A stretch of 64,000 bases of DNA. Origin: Fimbriosthenelais zetlandica (lineage: Eukaryota). Position 1 is the stretch's first letter. Each line of letters opens with the position of its first letter. The translations under genes and the position numbers were made by a program. Below the pieces are notes generated by a model. That model searched no databases. It saw only the letters and a program-made list of their open reading frames with translations, and was not told where the DNA came from. Location of the stretch: contig OZ365116.1 in NCBI GenBank assembly GCA_977030845.1, forward strand, positions 22,754,001 to 22,818,000, in the 5' to 3' direction. Positions 14,289 through 32,248 of the stretch are shown here, piece by piece.

Positions 14289-14615
14289 GCATAGTTCACC
14301 GTTCTGCCGCATCATATCGCGGGGCGCTACAGTCGCGCTGGATTGCTCCTTCAACAGAGATCAATGTTATACTAGCATAGTTCAGCGTTCTCCCACATCA
14401 TATCGCGGGGCGCTACAGTCGCGCTGGCTTGCTCCTTCCATAGAGATCACTGCTATGGTAGCATATAGTTCAGCGTTCTCCCACATCATATCGCGGGGCG
14501 CTACAGTCGCGCTGGCTTGCTCCTTCCATAGAGATCAATGCTATAGTAGCATAGTTCAGCGTTCTCCCACATCATATCGCGGGGCGCTACAGTCGCGCTG
14601 GATTGCTCCTTCCAT
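14289..14615 (+). repeat. 86-bp minisatellite array 1 (~3.8 units)
   Basis: Unit gcatagttcagcgttctcccacatcatatcgcggggcgctacagtcgcgctggattgctccttccatagagatcaatgctatagta. Units start at 14289, 14375, 14461 and 14549. Confidence 0.95.
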
Positions 14616-15180
14616 AATAGCCTCAACGTTTTTAACGCTTCACTGGTCAGCGAGTTTCAGAGAGGCACTGAAGGGGCGCACCTGCTTCTAATACCAGACG
14701 CTACAGACCCCAGGCCTCTGCGCCAATCGTCATATAGGCCTTCGTTCATCCACCACCTGAGGGCGCCACTGTGCCGGATTTTCAGCTGAGATCGGAGCCT
14801 TGGATTGGAAATGGGGCTGGAGTCGGGACACCTTGTGAAATTGGCTATATTTTGAAAATCGAAATTTTTAGAAGCAGTTTCAGTATTTATTACTTATACC
14901 ACCCGCTAGACATTGTTCCAACTAAGATTTTCCATTTTGAATTTCTTAAAAAGATCGAGTGGTTGCCGAGATATTAAAGATTTTCGAAATCAGAGTCGTG
15001 ACACAGATTGTTCACGTCCTTGTCCGACGGAAAATGACACCCTCCTCTATTTCATGTTTAGCTTGATTCCAGTCGTGAGAGCCGGAAGTATGTGAGCGCC
15101 TGGCCCAGGCAGCTGCGCAATGAAGCATGAGACCATAATAGTAAGCTAGGTCACCTTTTGACCGCACCTTATCTCCGCTC

Positions 15181-15251
15181 GCCCCGAGTAGGCCAGGGGT
15201 AAGACACTGGCCTGCAACGCCAGAGACCAGGGTTCGATTCCCTGCCTGGCA
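15181..15251 (+). pseudogene. tRNA-like Pol III cassette 1 (Asp/Gly-derived; anticodon position GCA)
   Basis: A-box-like TAGGCCAGGGG, perfect anticodon stem CTGGC-CTGCAAC-GCCAG, variable loop AGAC, perfect T-arm CAGGG-TTCGATT-CCCTG, and TTTT at 15258-15261. Acceptor and D stems are poorly paired. Confidence 0.75.
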
Positions 15252-15385
15252 AATCACTTTTGATTGCCACCTGGATCGCTACGCATGTATGCGGCTTATA
15301 GTGTGGATATGGGCTTTGTTTTTTTTTCGTTTGAGTTGCCGATGGGAGGAGTGTCGTGCAATGACCTGACAATAACAGACAGTGT

Positions 15386-15453
15386 GTGCGCCGTAGTCTA
15401 GAGGTAAGACACTAGCATGGATCGCGAGAGACCGGGGTTCGACTCTGTGTCCA
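15386..15453 (+). pseudogene. tRNA-like Pol III cassette 2 (degenerate, tRNA-Asp-like)
   Basis: TAGTCTAGAGG A-box and GAGACCGGGGTTCGACTC B-box region resembling tRNA-Asp. A T6 run follows about 10 nt downstream. The T-stem is broken. Confidence 0.6.
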
Positions 15454-15529
15454 TTAAACAGTTTTTTCGCTGCTCCCCACAGTGGAAGCGCTATAGAGTT
15501 AACATTGGCCTATGGTTTCCCAAAAGAAT

Positions 15530-15600
15530 TGCCAGGCAGGGAATCGAACCCGGGTCTCGAGCGTTCCAGGCCAGTGTCTTACCCCTGGCCTACCTGGGGC
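15530..15600 (-). pseudogene. tRNA-like Pol III cassette 3 (inverted paralog of cassette 1; anticodon position GGA)
   Basis: Minus strand reads GCCCCAGGTAGGCCAGGGGTAAGACACTGGCCTGGAACGCTCGAGACCCGGGTTCGATTCCCTGCCTGGCA, followed by ATTCTTTT. Confidence 0.72.
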
Positions 15601-16582
15601 GACCTGATATATGCTACGGCCAAAAGGTGACCTAGCCATTATGGTATCGTGCTTCATTGCGCAGGTGCTAAGGCCAGGCGCGGGGACACTTCCGCCTCTC
15701 ACGACTGGAATCAAGCTAAACATGAAATAGAGGAGGGTGTCATTTTCTGTCGGACAAGGACGTGAACAATCTGTGTCACGACTCTGATTTCGAAAATCTT
15801 AAATATCTCCGCAATTAAGGGGTCTAAAAATACAAACTAAACGGATTATTCTTAGTTGGGAGCACCTCTAGGCGGCTATGTGGTTTTTATTCCAATAAAA
15901 TCAATTTAAAATTTCGGATTTTCAAAATGGACTGAATTTCATCAGTTAGCATTGAAGTCAATGGAAGGAGGCGCCCGAACGCATGTGGCGACCCGAGACT
16001 CCCTAGCGGCGAAAACTTGAACTACTATGCGCAAGTCGGCATAGGCTGTATGAAGCCTCGCCTAACTTCCAGCCGGGACAGGGGCTCGGGCATAGTAGTT
16101 CACGATTTCGCCGCTAGGGCATGTCGGGTCGCCACCGGCGCTCGGGCTCCTCCTTCCATTCACTCCAATGCTAATTCAAGAAATTCGGTCAATTTTGAAA
16201 ATCAGAAATTTTAAATTGATTTTATTGGAATAAAAACCACATAGCCACCTGGAGGTTCTCCCAACTAAGAATAATCCGTTTCAATTGTAATTTTAGACCC
16301 CTTAATTGCGGAGATATTCAACTTCTTAAAAATCGAGCCGCAAAGGATCATGGGAGGAGGTAAACTTGGAGAGAAAATATGCCAGAAATAGCTTCAACTT
16401 TTTCAACGCTTCAGTGATCACAATGCTTCAGGGGGCCACCGGCGGGGGTGTGCAGCGTCAGAGAGTCTGGTCAGAGAGGCACTGAAGGGGCGTTCCTTCT
16501 TCGCACACTGGTCAGAGCTAAATTGACGGGATGAATACCACGTACGGCCTATGTCAGCACTTCAGCATTGATCTCTATGGAA

Positions 16583-17001
16583 GAGTTCAATGCTATAGTA
16601 GCATAGTTCAGCGTTCTCCCACATCATATCTCAGTCCCGCTGGCTTGGTCCTTCTATAGAGTTCAATGCTATAGTAGCATAGTTCAGCGTTCTCCCACAT
16701 CATATCGCGGGGCGCTACAGTCGCGCTGGCTTGCTCCTTCCATAGAGATCAATGCTATAGTAGCATAGTTCAGCGTTCTCCCACATCATATCGCGGGGCG
16801 CTACAGTCGCGCTGGATTGCTCCTTCCATAGAGATCAATGCTATAGTAGCATAGTTCAGCGTTCTCCCACATCATATCGCGGGGCGCTACAGTCGCGCTG
16901 GATTGCTCCTTCCATAGAGATCAATGTTATACTAGCATAGTTCAGCGTTCTCCCACATCATATCGCGGGGCGCTACAGTCGCGCTGGATTGCTCCTTCCA
17001 T
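16583..17001 (+). repeat. 86-bp minisatellite array 2 (~5 units)
   Basis: Same unit. Starts at 16601 (76-bp variant), 16677, 16763, 16849 and 16935. Confidence 0.95.
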
Positions 17002-18060
17002 AATAGCCTCAACGTTTTTAACGCTTCACTGGTCAGCGAATTTCAGAGAGGCACTGAAGGGGCGCACCTGCTTCTAACACCAGACGCTACAGACCCCAGG
17101 CCTCTGCGCCAATCGTCATATAGGCCTTCGTTCATCCACCACCTGAGGGCGCCACTGTGCCGGATTTTCAGCTGAGATCGGAGCCTTGGATTGGAAACGG
17201 GGCTGGAGTCGGGACACCTTGTGAAATTGGCTATATTTTGAAAATCGAAAATTTTAGAAGCAGTTTCAATATTTATTACTTATACCACCCGCTAGACATT
17301 GTTCCAACTAAGATTTTCCATTTTGAATTTCTTAAAAAGATCGAGTGGTTGCCGAGATATTAAAGATTTTCGAAATCAGAGTCGTGACACAGATTGTTCA
17401 CGTCCTTGTCCGACGGAAAATGACACCCTCCTCTATTTCATGTTTAGCTTGATTCCAGTCGTGAGAGCCGGAAGTATGTGAGCGCCTGGCCCAGGCAGCT
17501 GCGCAATGAAGCACGAGACCAAAATAGCTTTGTTGCTTTTATTGAATCCCGAGCGTGTGGCTGTACAAGGTGAAAAAGGAGATAAGTTAGGTTACATCCA
17601 AGGATTATGTGTATTATCCAGATATGCCGGAGAGAGGGTTATCTAAAGATGATTGAAAGGAGAAGGAGGAGGTATGCGCCATGTCCAGTTTATCGTCCAC
17701 CGCTGGTCAGTTGTGCGTGTTGGTGGTCAGCTGTGTTTACTCAATGTTTACACCGTGGGACCATTACCATGTATTGAGCACCTGGAAAGAAGGGATCAAA
17801 TATTAGGATTGTACCCAAATGAGATAGGTTCAGATTGGGGAGGTGCACAAGAAAATGACTGAGTGTGGTAAGGGGGTGGGCTGCCTTCTTTGTCACGGAA
17901 AATCCTAATAATAAAACAAGGATGAGATCTGAAAATCTCCAGCAACGTATACATACTTTAAAACACTCGAGGCGCGTATAATTACGGCCACAAGAGGAAC
18001 TAAGTCCCATAGAGTTAACATTGAAAAATAGATTAATGAGTACATTCTCTAAAGTAGCCG

Positions 18061-18182
18061 ATTCTAATACCCCAAAACATACCATATAGTAGACGATTCT
18101 GATACCCCAATACATACCATATAGTAGACGAGTCTGATACCCCAATTCATTCCCTATAGTAGAGTTTGATACCCCTATACAT
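18061..18182 (+). repeat. 35-bp tandem repeat (~3.5 units)
   Basis: Unit attctgataccccaatacataccatatagtagacg. Confidence 0.85.
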
Positions 18183-18500
18183 CTTTGACATCCAGATTGC
18201 AGTTCAATTTACTAAGAAATTTTACATGTGAATAAGGTCAAAACTTTACATGCAATACGCAATGTCTATCATATTTGGATACATGTTGGTACACTGCCGG
18301 TAAAGGCAGGCTTAGTGCATGGTTTGGTCCTTCCACCTCTCCACCTCTCCATGCACCCACTCACTAGGCCTATCGTGAAGCGAGTCGAAGACATGGACAG
18401 TACACTTTTCTCCATTCTAAGCATTATTTATTAGTCCCTGTCCTCATTTATTATAGGCCTGTCAGGTGACAGATGAGACAGTTTGATGCATTATCTCCCA

Positions 18501-20719
18501 TCATTTGAAAAGTTGAGCCTTTGAAAAATGCTTGAAGTAAACTGTGTCCTCCTGAAATAAAAAAGAAAATGTTTAGACATGAATTGAATTCAACGTATAT
18601 ATAGTTTCGGCTAATAGGCCTACAGCGGAAAAGACATTGTAAATAATTACCCCATATCTAAAAGAGATTTATTGGGGATTTCGTATTTCCTTTTATAAAA
18701 TGGCCAAATAAAAGCCTTCTCTTATATATGCAGAACTTGTTAAACTTACAGGTTCGATACAATCGTAGAATATTTGTACTCTCTCAATGTCCAGGTCACT
18801 CAGGCGTAGTCTCTGACCGATCTCAGCGTCAGGATCATGAGGTGAAATGGTGGGACGGCTGTCGTCTTCAGCAAAACTATAGGCACCATAATGCATGACA
18901 GAGGTATAGTCATACTTAGTACCCAGTAGGTCCACCGACACGCCTTCTACCAACTTGTAAAAGTTGTGCTCCTTTCCTAATAAAAAACCGAAATATATAT
19001 TCAATTTTAACTTAAGACCTTATTTATGGAATCCTATTTCTGGGATCATTAAAATACTAGGTGTCCCACCTCCTCTTTCACCATTTTTTATATTGTGAGA
19101 CACGTTATTATAGGGAATTGAGTTATAACTATAAAAATAATATGCTCACTACAACTGACCACTTTCAATGTTATCCCAGTGAATGGTAACATAATCGTCC
19201 CTATCTGATCGTTTCTGCTCGTGGTGGAAACCAAAGGCATGAAGGAATTCATGCATGATGGTGCCATGACGGAAACAGCCTGGCGCTAGATTCATCCTCT
19301 GTGGACCTCCAATCATGCCCAAGTACGACGAGCAGCTTTTAAATAATTATCTTTGTTGATCAAAGTTGTTTTTTTGTCAAAAAGGGAGAAGAATCATCTA
19401 CGAATCACATCTTATATACGAATCATATTTGACATTGTAGCAACTCATCAGGGGAGAATCCAAGATTTTCAAGAGGAGGGGTTGTATGAAGTAGGGCATT
19501 TTTAATTTAATTTAATTCAATTTAATTCAGGTTAAGTTTCGATAAAACAATCAATAATTACCCTCCTTGATCGACAATGTAGACATAGTTTCTCTGAGTG
19601 GTGCGTGGCAGGATTTTAATACAGTGTTCACCATTGACCTTCACACTGTTGACAAGGTCAGTGATACCAGCAGATATGCGCTCCAGTTGGTCATCAGCTG
19701 TTAAAATAAACACATAATATCTATATACGAGCCTAACGTAAGATCTATAGAAATATTTTTCTCTCCACTTTTCCCTTCAACACTTACTCCCGGACTCCTG
19801 CCTCCTGAAAGATTGTATCAGACTTAAATTTTGCTCTATTTGTGCGTTCCCCCGGCTCTCCAATTCATATCCCTCATTTCCTGCCCTTCCCGCTCTTTCC
19901 TCTCTTTTTATACAGTCAGTTATTTGCAACAAAAAGCTAACAAAATTAATAAATGGATATCTAAATTCCTCACTGTAATCCTCTCTGATTTCATAATACA
20001 GAACGCCTCCTGGCCATCTTTTTTTCCGATCCCAGATTGCGTTCAGAGGATTAGTCTGTGAAGAACAAGTTTCATAAAAAGTGGTATCAAAATTCAAAAT
20101 GCACATATATGATATTTATGACAGAGTAAATTAAGGCCCAAAAAGAATATTATAAATAGCAGTTTTCTTACACGAGTCAGGTCATCCATAAGTTGCCCAT
20201 CGGTAAGGATATCTCCTTCCCAGAAATCTAAAGGAAAGAATGGATTGTATTATATACTGGAGTCTTGGCTATTATATAATACATTGGCTATTATAACTAA
20301 TATATGGATTATGAACCTACCGCCATATTCAGGATTCTCAGAATCTTTGAATATCTGAAAGATAATGTAAGAAAGACATATAGGGTGACTCACAAGACAA
20401 TGTTTGCCTTCCATTCATTTACGGTAAGTATACAAGCACCAATCATTATAATAAGGGGTTATACTTTTGTGATAAAAGTATAATCGATATTGATGACAAA
20501 TTACATCATCAAAGATCATAGTAAAGAATGATAGTGTTTCTACCAAGGGCATTAGAAAAATTAATATGTACAGCAGCTTAAAAAAATGTATCAAAATAAT
20601 GTCAAAATTGAGGTTTTAATCCTTACATCTCCTCGGTCGCTGGCCCTGTCAATTGTCCGAGCAGTGGTCAGCAATACGCCTCCCAGCAGTCCCAACACAC
20701 ACACATGAAAGGATTTCAT
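18501..20719 (-). CDS. Secreted astacin-family (M12A) zinc metalloprotease, 8 exons, 284 aa
   Basis: Exons 20627-20719, 20321-20354, 20172-20227, 19974-20055, 19562-19697, 19160-19335, 18750-18976, 18501-18551 (855 nt, in frame). Signal peptide MKSFHVCVLGLLGGVLLTTA, pro-region FWEGDI, zinc motif HEFLHAFGFHHEQKRSDRD, Met-turn SVMHY. Confidence 0.93.
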
Positions 20720-21368
20720 TTTTTTTCAGAAGCAGAATGGGTTAACCACTAATAAATGCCACGAGCATTATATATCCCTTGTAATCAGTTACTATCAATG
20801 TTTTATATACTTAGTGTGTGACAGTAGCAGCTGCTGTATTGTGAGTATTCGAGTTATAGGAAGTAAAATAAAATTACCATGGCTTATAACAGCTTCTGGG
20901 TCAAGGTTTCCTGCTCTTATTCTAATGCACTTAGATAACGTTTCAAAGAGGTCATACAGAAGGTCTTCCAGGTTTCTCTCGATAGATGAACGCCCCTCCA
21001 CCCCAACACCAAGAAAATGTCTCGATTTTTCACGGGGATTGCAACCCCACAAGTTCCGACAAAAAAATGCAATAATAAATGTGGGAATGTGACATTTGGG
21101 AAAATGTAATTTCTTATCGTCCTTCTTGTATATTTGAACGCAAAACGATAATGATGATTATATCATGAAGTATTATACTAAAGTATGGATAACAAAAATG
21201 TGACATTTATTGCATGCGACCTTTTCTGACAAATATCAGTGACAATCATTGTATAGCTTCTCCGAAACTGACATCAATAATATTATCATTGGCCAAAAAA
21301 GGCCAAATCTCACGCACTTGAGAAGTACCAGTAACGGTATAGAAAATCTTAAATTCTATAGGCTTATG

Positions 21369-21551
21369 TGCTTATTCAAATTTCACGATGTGGGTATAGT
21401 ACGTATGTATATTCATAAACATTAAATAGATTTAAGAGTAAATGGTAATAATTAAACATACATTGCAATATATGACAGTGATATTTCTGTTATAGATTAA
21501 AGACGGAGGTGTAAAAACACCCTCCACTCTTTGGTGGCCTTTTACCCATAT
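21369..21551 (+). repeat. ~180-bp dispersed repeat, copy 2
   Basis: Direct copy of 13074-13256. Confidence 0.9.
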
Positions 21552-21911
21552 AAAATTTATATTGGACAGGCTTTGGTTTACCAATAAATATTGCTTAGTG
21601 CTTACATATATGTTTTGACAGTTACATCAAGCAATTATCGTACATTTTATACTGGCCTTGGTCATACAGCATCACAGTAAAATTACAATAAATTTTAACC
21701 AGTTAACACTTTTGAATTCCGGTGCTCCTTTACAAAAGGTGTTTCAATACAGTAATAGATTAACAGTATATTAAATAAAATTCTTTTTCTTCAAGAAAAT
21801 GTATAAATTAGGCAACTGATAATTAATAAATTATCAATAATTAATGATAAGGCAACTGGAACACCTAATAGAGAATGTGAATTGATCACACTGTTACACC
21901 ATATCTATAGA

Positions 21912-28971
<7,060 letters not shown>

Positions 28972-30324
28972 TTTGAATGAAATATCCAAGTAATATATTC
29001 CTCAAAATATCTCTCACCACAGCAGTCTATGGGCCTGAATTCTCAAAGGTACAGCTCTGGTCCAGAACCTTCTCTAGAATGGCTCTTATATAGGAGGGGT
29101 GAAGAGAGAAAACCTCCCTCGTCTCAGGATTAGGATTTGTACTATGAAATCCTTATCCTTTAATTATTGTTGTTATAGTTCATCCTAGTGATCTTATAAC
29201 CCGGGATGTTCTGTGTCAGGTCGGCTGGAAAACCTGTATGGGGCCTTTTCTATTGTGTAGGACTTATATGGCATGTCAACAGTCAAAAGCCATGTTAATA
29301 TCATGACAAATATCAATGATGTGTGAAATCCTTATTACTTGTACCATGCAGGAAATGTATTTTCCCCTCGCAGTTCCCAGTTTTCTATGGATTTTTACAA
29401 AAATGTCACCTTAAATATTGGACAATTTGATCTAGGAAATAATGCTTTATGTTTCACATTGGTGTCAATGTTTTCAGAAGGCTTTCCATAGAGTTAAAGC
29501 AGTGAATCTGCTGAGTCATAGTGCCTGCCCTGACCAATCAGGCAGGCTGGATTAAAGCCAAACATGTACCCCCTCCCCCCATCCATCCTGTAACCACCCC
29601 CACCCCGTCATTATCCCCAGCTACTGCATCACAGGGGGTTCTACTCTATGAGGGTTAAGCCAGGGTGGAGGGTGTTTTAAAACCTACATGCATATTTAGG
29701 GCTTATCTAAGGGATTAGATCGTCATGGGACATCCCTGATTAGCCCTTTATTACAGGGCAGAAAATATATGAACCGTACAGGCATTCTTACTTATGTTCT
29801 AGGTATAAATTATGCTAAGTTAACTCTACTTTATATCACGCATGGCTGTATTGTCAATCATAGAATGACTCCAAGGTCCTTGAAACGGCAACAAAAAAGT
29901 TCAAGGAAAATCACATCCTTCAGGATCCTTTCGGTAGAAAGAACACATTTCCAACGGTTTTTGCTTAATATTCCTTTCATGAATCACTTATAGAAACCTA
30001 AGCTAACCAATCCCAAAATGGGAATTCTCATAAGACAAATATTTGAATTGTCAATGCACAATTTACCATAGAGCATGACAAGGAAAGTGTTATATGTGTT
30101 CTTAATGAGTCACCCTAAGCTTTATATTAAATATTAAGTAAATTACAGTCATGATTCTACATCAAACTTGTGGCAGGGATAGGCCAACATATTATTCTGG
30201 TAAAGAAAGATCCCATTTCTAAGATGTCAGTTCATTTGGGGATTTTTTGGTGATGTTTTTCCTGTTTTGCTGGGGTGTTTCCTTTTCTGAACAAATAAAA
30301 TAAAAAGTAGCTGAGACAACTGAC

Positions 30325-30676
30325 CTTGTTAATCCTGGGTTCACGGAGTGTGTCGTTACCAATCACTCGTGATCCTCTCGCTGGGTGCACAGGTTCCCCC
30401 TTGTATAGAAAAATATCAAATTATTTATTAACAAAAAACTGTATCCTAAACAAGAGCATTTCCCAGATTAATTAAATGGTGGCGTCATAAATAATTAATG
30501 TTGTGAAATTTCGTTGGTATTGTATTCGTTTATACCGGTACAATATTATATTCATATAATATAATATAATATTTCAAATGTTATTTGGGGAGCGTTTCAA
30601 AAATTGAACTCACTGTTCTTTCATAGATGGTTTTGGGCTTGTTAAGTTGGACTTGTGTCGACCCCATGATGTACTC
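30325..30676 (-). CDS. Malic enzyme alternative N-terminal exons A (30614-30676 and 30325-30399)
   Basis: EYIMGSTQVQLNKPKTIYERT|GEPVHPARGSRVIGNDTLREPRINK|gtcag. Both exons are phase 0 with good acceptors and donors. Confidence 0.65.
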
Positions 30677-32080
30677 CTGGAGAGAAATGAGATTATAATT
30701 ACAGTTTAGTGGGGAAAGGTTAATGAGTAAAGGTTATCTCACATTTCTATGAGAATTATTTGCCAATTATAATTATAAACAATTAGGGATTAAATCAAGG
30801 CCTGTATAATATTAGGATAATACTAAAGCCACCACACCCTACAGGTATGTACTTAGTACATTTAATAGGCCTACTCTTACGTAATACAACTGTTGCCTCT
30901 GTAACCAATTTAAATACCGGTATGACATTTCAGAGATCAAGAGGAGCTACTTACGGTACTCTATCACTGACAATAAGATTAGATTCCTAATTATCTCTTT
31001 GATATCAAGTATTCAAGGACAATCTCCCGCTGTAAGTGTGCTAGAACTCATTGGATGGATCCAATGGAAATATTATCTCACGTGGTCGGAAACAGGACGA
31101 TCTGTGATAATGACCTCTCAATATAGAATGATCCAATTTATACAACCACCTCTCAACCGCTAGGTACCCGGTACACTGCTCGATCATGACCTCACACCTT
31201 TCGATGTGGTCACAAGTACCATATATACTCGAGTAGAATATGTGGAATCATTTTAATTTAATTTCCACTAATTTTTGTCCCTCTACAAATCAATTTTATG
31301 TAGGTCTAACATTATAGGAACATATATATAGCTGAGCCTAATGTTGGGCTTTACTCTAGTAATATCTGATAACTAAAGTAAAATTACTTTGGGTTTTTAT
31401 AAATTTCGTGGTTAATACGGTACCGGTCCTGCCTTTTATAATATTCTATAAATGAACTTAGGCCAAAAGAAAGGAGGTAGGTTCGCTATATCTTGTCAGA
31501 TCAATAGTTTTCTTTCATAAAAAAAACTTTCTATCAATGATTTTTAATTATATTATTTGAGGTATTATCTTAATCTCGTCTCCTATTGTTCACCAAACAA
31601 TTCATCTGATAATACTTATCTGACCACCCTCCTATAAAAGAGACGTATAACTAAGAAAAAAATCTCAAGGCCTAGTTCTAGGGCCTATACTATAGTCTTA
31701 TTTAAAAATAGATGTATGTACATGTAGGCCTCCGATGCGACCGTGTCTCTGAGTGATCAGGAGGCCGGGATCCCTAGTTTGTCAACCATTTATAATTTAT
31801 TATCAAGGTGATAAGTTTTCAAATACCGTAAACTTAAATTTATTGAGTAGGCACATAAATCAGGCACATGCACCCGTGGTGACCTCTCACTCACCTATTG
31901 AAGAAAGTATTCCACCTTGTCTTAAGTTACATCTAGTAACCTTACACTCTAAACTCACCATTTTCCTCGATAATCTCCGAAATATTCTGTGGGAGACGGC
32001 CCTATGCATGATTATATTGATGGCCTCTCCAGCACCCACGTTGTCATATTGGTTTACATTTAGTTAATTTTAACATAGAA

Positions 32081-32248
32081 GCGCCAAGGAAAAGCGTCGT
32101 AGCGTCATGGAAAAACGTCATGCGCCATGGAAAAGCGTCGTCGTGTCATGGAAAAGCGTCGTAGCGTCATGGAAAAGCGTCATGCGCCATGGAAAAACGT
32201 CATGCGCCATGGAAAAACGTGGTAGCGTCTATGGAAAAACGTCATGAA
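32081..32248 (+). repeat. 20/21-bp tandem repeat (~8 units)
   Basis: Alternating gcgccatggaaaa(a/g)cgtcat and gcgtcatggaaaagcgtcgta units. Confidence 0.9.

Larger units (their letters stand above)
13430..17757. mobile_element. Composite non-coding foldback/MITE-like element of nested inverted repeats
   Basis: Outer arms 13695-14285 and 17167-17757 are inverted, with about 8 mismatches by eye. Further arm copies lie at 14777-15135 (reverse) and 15641-15810 (forward). A diverged-arm hairpin spans 15802-16030/16090-16318. An ~850-bp direct duplication covers 14289-15135 and 16677-17521. Modules at 13430-13525 and 13537-13582 recur at 15251-15342 and, inverted, at 16470-16515. No transposase ORF and no clear TSD. 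Confidence 0.7.

Noticed and set aside
14289-14375. Hammerhead ribozyme/retrozyme in the tandem unit
   Set aside because: The unit contains no CTGANGA...GAAA core.
15181-15251. Functional tRNA-Cys(GCA) gene
   Set aside because: The acceptor and D stems do not pair properly, the body is Asp/Gly-like, and the inverted paralog has a different anticodon.
15815-16305. TTAA-flanked piggyBac/Kolobok insertion (TTAA|GGGG...CCCC|TTAA)
   Set aside because: The inverted symmetry continues 13 bp beyond the TTAA on both sides, so TTAA is part of the palindrome and not demonstrably a target-site duplication.
14289-17001. 86-bp arrays as a CRISPR-like array
   Set aside because: Units are contiguous and near-identical with no unique spacers. 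There are no cas genes and the context is eukaryotic.
14089-17481. Repeated short ORFs (MPDFQLRSEPWIG..., MFQLRFS...) as a protein family or transposase
   Set aside because: They are only translations of the repeated arm, 60-68 aa long, several with non-ATG starts and no recognisable domain.
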